This document shows positions 57,689 through 64,000 of a stretch of 64,000 nucleotides of DNA, piece by piece. The stretch's first letter is position 1. Each line of letters opens with the position of its first letter. The notes below the pieces were generated by a model. The model had not been told where the DNA came from. It worked only from the letters and a program-made list of their open reading frames with translations, and searched no databases. The stretch spans positions 338,115-402,114 of the forward strand of contig JANBVK010000001.1 of the NCBI GenBank assembly GCA_024239035.1, written 5' to 3'. The position numbers were made by a program, and so were the translations under genes. This DNA is from Patescibacteria group bacterium. Its GTDB lineage: Bacteria; Patescibacteriota; Minisyncoccia; UBA6257; GWB1-50-10.

Positions 57689-57967
57689 CTATTCAACAGC
57701 GTATACCTTATCTCCATCTCTAACCTTGTCATTCACTTTTATACCAACCTCCTGATTCTTCTTTGCTAATTCAACGTCTTTGTGGTCATACTGTATTGAT
57801 TGAATCGTCTCCTCAAAATCAGTTGTCGCGCCCTTAAAATGAATCCGCTCGCCAGGCTTGATAGTCTTATTAAACTTCACGATAGCAACTCCCAAACCTC
57901 CATAGTAGTGAGTCACCACGCCGATTGGTTTAGGTTCTTTAGATTTAGAACTAGAGAATAATCCCAT
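57689..57967 (-). CDS. hypothetical small beta-rich protein
   Basis: 92 aa. IGVVTHYYGGLGVAIVKFNKTIKPGERIHFKG... Confidence 0.3.
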   Translation of the reverse strand: MGLFSSSKSKEPKPIGVVTHYYGGLGVAIVKFNKTIKPGERIHFKGATTDFEETIQSIQYDHKDVELAKKNQEVGIKVNDKVRDGDKVYAVE

Positions 57968-57982
57968 ACTTTTAAAAACTTA

Positions 57983-58600
57983 CTAAAGTATTCGACCTTT
58001 AACGCCGTTTTTAGCCTCCTCCGCTTCAATTAAATCTAATAATTTATCCAGTAAATCCGCCGGATTTTTAGAAAAAACCACTTTACCAGATCCCCGATGA
58101 GCTCTGTTTATAATCTCCGGAATCATATCGGTTGTGCCGCCCAAACCCATAAGCACTCCCTGCGGCTTCGCATCCTCAAACGCATTGGTGAATTCATTCA
58201 AAGTTCCAATTCTCCCGCATAATGTAATAACAGCGTCGGCAGCTCTTGTTAGGAGTAAATTTCTCCCCGCGTATTCAAAACCAGTGTAGATAATCAAATC
58301 GTGATAATCAACTGGCAGATGGTAGGTTTTAATATGGGCGGCTTTAGAGGCAGCGGGTGAGAGTCCAATCACTATTCCCCCTTCTGCTTTAGCTCCTTTC
58401 GCAGACCAATAAGGCATCCCGGTGGTAGCGCCGGTTACCAAGACCAAACCGCGTTTGGCAATTTCTCGACCAACTTCTTCGGCCACCTTGTGAGCATCGG
58501 GAGCACAATGACCCGTCTCAGCTGCTCCGGAAACACAAATTTTATACTTTAACTTATGGCTATGATTATGGTTTTTGGGGGGAACAATTTTTCTCCGCAT
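57983..58600 (-). CDS. LOG/TIGR00725-family Rossmann-fold protein
   Basis: 205 aa. ICVSGAAETGH...LVLVTGATTGMPYWSAKGAKAEGGIVIGLSPA. Confidence 0.5.
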   Translation of the reverse strand: MRRKIVPPKNHNHSHKLKYKICVSGAAETGHCAPDAHKVAEEVGREIAKRGLVLVTGATTGMPYWSAKGAKAEGGIVIGLSPAASKAAHIKTYHLPVDYHDLIIYTGFEYAGRNLLLTRAADAVITLCGRIGTLNEFTNAFEDAKPQGVLMGLGGTTDMIPEIINRAHRGSGKVVFSKNPADLLDKLLDLIEAEEAKNGVKGRIL

Positions 58601-58607
58601 GTAATTA

Positions 58608-59954
58608 TTATAACACTAGCTTTTCTCCTAAAGAAGGGATTGTAGCCGCTACCGCTAGTTCATCTTTTATTTTTTGGGCCAGAGGGGCTGATTGATCATC
58701 CTCTCCTTGGACCACAAACACCTGTTTCAGATGTAAGCGCATCTCTCTTAACCATCTTATAAGCTGTGGCTGGTCAGCGTGCGCAGAATAACTCCCAATT
58801 TCTTTCTTATAGCAACGTACGGAAACTTCATCACCAAATATTTCCACGCTTTTAGCTCCCTCTAAAATTCTCCGGCCCAGTGATTCTTTGGCTTGGTAAC
58901 CAATAAAAAGAATTGTGCTCTTGGGGTCAGAAAGGTAGCGACGTTCATGGTGTAAAATTCTGCCGCCCTGAGACATGCCCGCACCGGCGATAATTATCTT
59001 TGGAGATTTAATCTTGCTAATGGATCTTGACTCTTCGCTACTTAAAGTTTTCTTAAGGCCCGGAAAATTAAAAAGCTGGTTCCCCGACTCTAAAAATTCT
59101 TTTGTTTCTTTGTTTAGTTCCTGTTTAAACTGCTTGTACACTTCAGTAAGTCTAATAGCTAAAGGGCTATCAACAAAAATTGGAATCTTAGGAATTCGCC
59201 CTCCTTCTACTAACTTATTAAGATGGAATAGTAAGTCCTGTGTTCGCTCCATCGCAAAAGCCGGGATCATAAGTGTCCCTCCCCTCTTAACTGTATCTTC
59301 TACAATATTTTCCAACATCCCTAAAGCTTGCTTTCTTGGTTCATGAACTCTGTTACCGTAAGTGGACTCTACCAAGCAGTAATTCGCATCATGAACATAC
59401 TCAATCGGTTTAATAAGTGGGGCCGGCGAGTTGCCTAGGTCCCCTGAAAAAATAATTTTCTTACCTTCGGCGGAAATTTCAATAAAACTGGATCCTAAAA
59501 TATGACCGGCATTATAAAATTTCACCTTAAAAGCGCCAAGAGAAATCTCTTCGTGATAGGGAACATCCTGCCATAATTCCATCAGCCGCCGAACGTCTTG
59601 TTTATCATAAATAGGTTTTTTATGTTCCCGTTCGGCTTCCCGCCGCAGAATACTTTCAGAGTCTCCTAAAAGCAACTCCGAAAAAGCTCGGGTTGGTGCC
59701 GTCGAGTAAACAGTTCCTTTAAAACCGTCTCTTATTAGTTTCGGCAGACGACCGATATGATCGAGGTGAGAGTGAGTGATAAAAACTCCTTTAATCTCCT
59801 TGGGATCATACGGAAAGGACTCAAAATTCTGCCGCTCACAATAGCGACCGCCCTGCTGCAGACCACAATCTACCAATATTTTCTCGCCTTCGGATTCTAA
59901 AAGATAATTAGCACCCGTTACCATCCGCGCGCCGCCGTAGAAGGTTAAACGCAT
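58608..59954 (-). CDS. MBL-fold beta-CASP RNA-metabolising hydrolase
   Basis: 448 aa. FITHSHLDHIGRLP metal-binding motif. beta-CASP C-terminal region. Confidence 0.75.
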   Translation of the reverse strand: MRLTFYGGARMVTGANYLLESEGEKILVDCGLQQGGRYCERQNFESFPYDPKEIKGVFITHSHLDHIGRLPKLIRDGFKGTVYSTAPTRAFSELLLGDSESILRREAEREHKKPIYDKQDVRRLMELWQDVPYHEEISLGAFKVKFYNAGHILGSSFIEISAEGKKIIFSGDLGNSPAPLIKPIEYVHDANYCLVESTYGNRVHEPRKQALGMLENIVEDTVKRGGTLMIPAFAMERTQDLLFHLNKLVEGGRIPKIPIFVDSPLAIRLTEVYKQFKQELNKETKEFLESGNQLFNFPGLKKTLSSEESRSISKIKSPKIIIAGAGMSQGGRILHHERRYLSDPKSTILFIGYQAKESLGRRILEGAKSVEIFGDEVSVRCYKKEIGSYSAHADQPQLIRWLREMRLHLKQVFVVQGEDDQSAPLAQKIKDELAVAATIPSLGEKLVL

Positions 59955-60030
59955 AATTTAGCCATTATAACACTTACAGTCAAACCAATCTATTGTAGCC
60001 TCTTAGCAATATGCGGGAAAACTTTATATC

Positions 60031-61362
60031 TCATTGCGTTTTACTGAGAATTTCCTCGACTGTTCCCCGATCATCCCATGGAATCTTCTTTCTCTTCGCT
60101 AAATGAATCCACTCTTCACTTCCTTTACCGGTTATAACTACCACATCTCCTTTTCGGGCTAAAAATATTGCTTTCTCGATCGCTTCCCTCCGGTCCAGAA
60201 CAACATACACTTTGGGTATTGGAAACTCGCCTGCCGGATGCGGCTGTTGAGAATTGGGAATCCCAGATTTTATCTCTCTTAAAATCTGGTTCGGATCTTC
60301 ATCATACGGATCTTCATTAGTGAGAATGATCTCATTGCAGTAGTGAGCGGCGATCTCCCCTATCTTGGGTCGTTTCCACTTATCCCTTCCTCCCCCACAA
60401 GAACCTAAAACACAAATAAGCCTTGAACTCTTAGTAAATTCCGGTTGTTCTTTAAGGTTTCTATATACAGCGCGGAGTGAGACGGGGGTATGAGCATAGT
60501 CAACCACGGCTGCAAACGGCTCTTTTTGAACAAAATCCATCCGACCCCGCAATCCTTTAAATTTAATGAGTGCGTCTCTTACCGTCTCATCTTTTACCCC
60601 GAATAATTTTGTAAGTGCACGAGCCGCAGCAGCATTCTCTATATTAAAATCAGCGCGCAGCCAGTTTGGGTTGCTGTCCTTTTTTATTGAATCCATTAAG
60701 CGACTCACACCGTCACGATTAAAAAGAATAATTTCGGCGCGCAATACCTTCTCTGTGACCTTTTTAAAGTACGAGGCGTGAGTATCGTCGCTATTAATTA
60801 CAAAATACTTCTTTTGTTTCTTCGATCGCCTGAGGTATCTAAAAAAATCTAATTTTGCTTCCCGATAATTTTCAAATGAGCCGTGCGCTTCAACGTGCTC
60901 TGGGGTGAGATTCAGAAAAACTGCTGCGTCCCATTGAATGAACCGATGGCGATGCTTAGTCACGCCTTCTGAGGTCACCTCAAAGAGAGCATATTCACAC
61001 CCAGCATCTACTGCCTCGCGCAAAAACCGCTGGATAGCAAAACGTCCAGGCATCGTGTTCTCAGAGGAATTTTTCCCATCACGCTCACCGACCTTCCGCC
61101 GTACGGAAGAGAGAAGCGCCGTACGTTTACCCGATGCTGTAAGCATCGCGTCTATAAGCTCAAGCGTCGTTGTCTTGCCCTTCGTGCCGGTTACTCCTAC
61201 AACCCTTATCCGCCTCGACGGGAAACCATAAAAAAGATTTCCTAAAAACGCCAAAAGGAAATGATAAGGCGACTGCCCCAAACGATAAATGGATTTTGGA
61301 ATAATGTATCGCTCAAAAAACCGCAGTGCCCTCTCAAGCATTTCTTTATTTAGACCTTCCAA
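60031..61362 (-). CDS. Mur ligase family protein (MurE/MurF-like)
   Basis: 443 aa. ATP-binding P-loop VVGVTGTKGKTTT. Mur ligase middle and C-terminal domains. Confidence 0.7.
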   Translation of the reverse strand: MEGLNKEMLERALRFFERYIIPKSIYRLGQSPYHFLLAFLGNLFYGFPSRRIRVVGVTGTKGKTTTLELIDAMLTASGKRTALLSSVRRKVGERDGKNSSENTMPGRFAIQRFLREAVDAGCEYALFEVTSEGVTKHRHRFIQWDAAVFLNLTPEHVEAHGSFENYREAKLDFFRYLRRSKKQKKYFVINSDDTHASYFKKVTEKVLRAEIILFNRDGVSRLMDSIKKDSNPNWLRADFNIENAAAARALTKLFGVKDETVRDALIKFKGLRGRMDFVQKEPFAAVVDYAHTPVSLRAVYRNLKEQPEFTKSSRLICVLGSCGGGRDKWKRPKIGEIAAHYCNEIILTNEDPYDEDPNQILREIKSGIPNSQQPHPAGEFPIPKVYVVLDRREAIEKAIFLARKGDVVVITGKGSEEWIHLAKRKKIPWDDRGTVEEILSKTQ

Positions 61363-61936
61363 GCAATCTTAACGCTTGTTTTAACCTTTCCTCGAGTGTC
61401 TTCGCCTCGCCCCCAGCCTCTGATAAAACTCTCTTAACCTGACTGCGCGAATACCCCAAACTCGTGAGTGCCTCCTCTACTTCTATGTCAACGTCCATTT
61501 TCTCTGTTAGAGTTTTGGCCTCCGGCAGCTTAATTTTACTATGAAGTTCTAAAATGATGCGCTCGGCGGTCTTGCGTCCAATTCCCGAAGTCCGCGATAA
61601 AAGCTCAGTGCGCTTTTCAATAATCGCTGCCATGAGATTGGGAACTGTATCAACATCCAGTATCCCGAGAGCGGTCTTAGGACCGATACCCACAACCGCA
61701 TTTAACATCTCAAAAAGCTTCAGGGCTTGTTCCTCTAAAAAGCCGTATAATTCCATCTGATCGTCCCGAATGTATAGAAAACAAAAAAGCTCGACTAGAG
61801 AATCTTGCGGGAGTTTACTTAGAGTCTCGTTATTAGTAAAAACCTTAAAACCTAATCCGCCGGTTAGGCTACCCACCTCAACTACTAGAAACCCATCGCC
61901 ACGACTAATTAGTTTACCTTTAAGGGTATAGAGCAT
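61346..61936 (-). CDS. ruvA: Holliday-junction branch-migration protein RuvA
   Basis: 196 aa. MLYTLKGKLISRGDGFLVVEVGSLTGGLGFKVF..., HhH pair, C-terminal domain III. Confidence 0.8.
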   Translation of the reverse strand: MLYTLKGKLISRGDGFLVVEVGSLTGGLGFKVFTNNETLSKLPQDSLVELFCFLYIRDDQMELYGFLEEQALKLFEMLNAVVGIGPKTALGILDVDTVPNLMAAIIEKRTELLSRTSGIGRKTAERIILELHSKIKLPEAKTLTEKMDVDIEVEEALTSLGYSRSQVKRVLSEAGGEAKTLEERLKQALRLLGRSK

Positions 61937-62095
61937 CGTCTTTAACTTTATTATAGGGGGCTTTACCTCCGACGCAACGTCGGAGCTACAAAATTTTTAT
62001 TTGCTCGAATTTTACAGAGCAAAAATTTAAATGAGTACCCTTGTTTTATAACAAGCCTTGACTTCATTCAATTCTCAGGTTTTAATAGATTCAAT

Positions 62096-62359
62096 ATGCC
62101 ACAAACAAAATCAGCTAAAAAGGCTCTGCGGCAAAATTACGTGAGGCGTAAGAGAAATGTCGGACGGAAAAAGGAGGTCAAAGGAGCCATTAAAAAATTC
62201 AAAAAACTGGTGGCTGAGGGTAAGCTCGAAGAGGCCCGCGGACAACTTCCCCAAGTCTATAAAACTCTTGATAAAATAGCCAAAATCAAACTCATTAAAC
62301 GGGGTAAGGCCGACCGGTTAAAATCAAGACTTTCTAAAAAACTAGTAACCAGTAAATAG
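62096..62359 (+). CDS. rpsT: 30S ribosomal protein S20
   Basis: 87 aa. MPQTKSAKKALRQNYVRRKRN... Confidence 0.85.
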   Translation: MPQTKSAKKALRQNYVRRKRNVGRKKEVKGAIKKFKKLVAEGKLEEARGQLPQVYKTLDKIAKIKLIKRGKADRLKSRLSKKLVTSK

Positions 62360-62399
62360 TGATCTAAGGAACTTTGTCCGCACACCGGCTTACCAGTTA

Positions 62400-63209
62400 C
62401 TAATCACCAATTACAAAATCCGTTAACGCTTCCTCGTACTCTAGTCCGCCGCTTTTAATTGAAATGTCATAATCAGCAAGTCTCTGAGCTATCCTGCCCC
62501 CTGCCTGATAAGCTAAAGAATTAAAAATATAGGCCGGTGCTCCTTTTTGTAAAAGCAGTTTTTCTAAAACCCCTAATTTCCGACCAGAGTTTCCGGCTCC
62601 TAGAATCTGCCTAGCTATAAGAAAAACTTCTTCCCGCATCCTCCAATGGACAACCGACCTAAGATTGTCTAAAGATACTGGTTTAGGGAAGCCTACGAGG
62701 GAAAGTTTTTCCAACTCGTTATGAGCCAGCCAGCTCCTGTTATTTCCAGATGCGATATAAGAACAAAAAAATTGCCAAGCTTGAGGACTAAAAGATAAAT
62801 TACAACTTTCAGCTTCCTTTTCTAGAAACACTTCAAGTGATTTACCTTTTAACTCTTCAAAAGCCTGTGACCTAACCGGCGCTTTTAGCAAAAACTTGAA
62901 CGCCGCCCTTGGTGCTTTGCTGTTAGAAAGAAGGATAAACGTTTTTGGAGTTTTTAGTTGGTCCTTCAAAATCCCAATCCATTCTTTGCTATCGACTGCT
63001 CCACTTTCTTTAATAACAGCGATTTTTGAGTCGATAAACATTGACGGTTGATTCAGAAAATCTTTTACCCTCAGCCAGCCATCCGGCTCACTTTCTAAAT
63101 CACAGTAGAGCATATCAAGTTCGGTGTATTTTTCCTGATATGCCTTGATTAGCTCTTTTAGTTTTTTGTTGCGGTGATAAGAATCAGGACCGTAGAGAAA
63201 AATTATCAT
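62400..63209 (-). CDS. holA: DNA polymerase III delta subunit-like
   Basis: 269 aa. MIIFLYGPDSYHRNKKLKELIKAY... The order rpsT, holA is also conserved in many bacteria. Confidence 0.55.
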   Translation of the reverse strand: MIIFLYGPDSYHRNKKLKELIKAYQEKYTELDMLYCDLESEPDGWLRVKDFLNQPSMFIDSKIAVIKESGAVDSKEWIGILKDQLKTPKTFILLSNSKAPRAAFKFLLKAPVRSQAFEELKGKSLEVFLEKEAESCNLSFSPQAWQFFCSYIASGNNRSWLAHNELEKLSLVGFPKPVSLDNLRSVVHWRMREEVFLIARQILGAGNSGRKLGVLEKLLLQKGAPAYIFNSLAYQAGGRIAQRLADYDISIKSGGLEYEEALTDFVIGD

Positions 63210-63216
63210 ATCTCTA

Positions 63217-64000
63217 TTATAACCTCTGACATTTAGGGCAAAAATGAGCAGAGCGGCCGCCGACCTTCAACCTTTTTATTTTCGTCTTACATCGCGGGCA
63301 GGGTTCATTCTCTCTCTGGTACGCGTAGCGCACCAAGTCATACCTACCCCGCCGGCCGGCTGCATCACGGTAATCACTAACTGAAGCCCCTCTAAGTATT
63401 AGGGCCTTTCTCAAAATCTTTTTTATCGCTCTGTAAACGGTTTTAAGCTCAGCCTCGCCCAATTTCTCTACTCTTCGTAAAGGGTGAATTTTTGCGAGCC
63501 AAAGGACTTCATCAGCATAAATATTACCAAGGCCGCTTATAAAATCCTGATCCATTAAAACTTGTTTAATTCTCCCTTTTTTGTTTTCGAAAAGATTTCT
63601 AAACACTTTATAGGTAAATTTTAGGTTGGAGGGGTCCGGCCCCAAATTTTTAAGATCGGGTAAGTTTAAAATTATCTCCCGCGGGCCGCAGAGAATTTTT
63701 GCAAATCTTCTCAAGTCAGAGAGAGCAAGCATCTCGCCGTTATCCAAAAATAAAATTAATCTTATAAACCTGTTCATTGGATCCATTAGCGTTCCTTTTA
63801 GAGAGTTGGGGATCCATTTCTGTCCCCGCCACGCCTCCGGCAGGCTTTCCGCGTTGTTCCGCGTTGTTCCGCGTTGTGAGCGAAGCGAACTAATCCACTT
63901 TCCCACCATTAAGTGACCGCTAATCTTCTGGTGGATAAGGAGAAGATGATCGTCCGATAAGTGAATAAGGACGTTTTTTCCTCTCCGGCTGACTTTGGTA
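63217..64000 (-). CDS. fpg: formamidopyrimidine-DNA glycosylase (Fpg/MutM), 5' end beyond the window; contains an in-frame repeat-encoded insertion
   Basis: The frame stays open to the window end (...RRGKNVLIHLSDDHLLLIHQKISGHLMV...). H2TH region, C-terminal zinc finger CPRCKTKIKRLKVGGRSAHFCPKCQ. An insertion of about 40 aa, encoded partly by the 10-bp x3 repeat at 63849-63878, lies between the N-terminal and H2TH domains. Confidence 0.7.
   Translation of the reverse strand, partial: TKVSRRGKNVLIHLSDDHLLLIHQKISGHLMVGKWISSLRSQRGTTRNNAESLPEAWRGQKWIPNSLKGTLMDPMNRFIRLILFLDNGEMLALSDLRRFAKILCGPREIILNLPDLKNLGPDPSNLKFTYKVFRNLFENKKGRIKQVLMDQDFISGLGNIYADEVLWLAKIHPLRRVEKLGEAELKTVYRAIKKILRKALILRGASVSDYRDAAGRRGRYDLVRYAYQRENEPCPRCKTKIKRLKVGGRSAHFCPKCQRL

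Noticed and set aside
1-64000. CRISPR arrays, rRNA genes, transposase or integrase genes
   Set aside because: No regularly spaced direct repeats and no rRNA-like segments. No recombinase or transposase ORF is visible anywhere in the window, so the tRNA-flanking elements have no cis-encoded mobility enzyme here.

Overview
This 64-kb window reads as a low-GC, gene-dense bacterial chromosome segment. The repertoire is dominated by housekeeping genes, and most tRNA genes and the tmRNA gene lack an encoded CCA. This is compatible with a reduced-genome Patescibacteria/CPR-like lineage, but that is an inference. The main blocks, in order: a glycan and cell-envelope cluster (split transketolase, DegT aminotransferase, CapD-like dehydratase, O-antigen-ligase/TPR membrane protein). 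Two divergently transcribed giant secreted/surface repeat proteins and an NHL-repeat protein. Proteostasis genes (clpB, an HtrA-like protease). Fe-S and cobalamin genes. Then a tRNA-rich region (His, Phe, Arg-TCT, Pro, Gly) with arfB, pcd, a ZIP transporter and argF. An ECF sigma operon, hup, rny, gpmI, secG, an OppA-like binding protein, tRNA-Leu, RNase J, trpS, ileS, argS, smpB and the tmRNA gene (ssrA). Then infC (ATT start), rpmI, rplT, and DNA-repair genes (MGMT fragment, NUDIX, PolX, UDG, fpg). A TM-anchored Clp ATPase, murB, tRNA-Arg-CCG, a second beta-CASP RNase, a Mur ligase, ruvA, rpsT and holA follow. The most striking finding is an apparently undescribed family of about 150 to 180-nt structured noncoding elements. 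There are four intact copies and one decayed remnant. Each intact copy sits immediately 3' of a tRNA or tmRNA gene (Gly-TCC, tmRNA, Arg-TCT, Phe-GAA). All four share a conserved two-hairpin core (GGGGGUCGGGG...CCCCGUGUYGGAAU and CAAAACCGAGGGUUUUGA), though copy 3 keeps only the second hairpin clearly. Each is bracketed by an inverted and a direct imperfect copy of the last roughly 20 nt of the adjacent tRNA. Other notable items: a histidine-phosphatase domain embedded in IleRS; a roughly 480-nt noncoding locus bounded by a promoter and a terminator; a compositionally atypical insertion next to the tmRNA gene; and a 10-bp x3 tandem repeat inside fpg.
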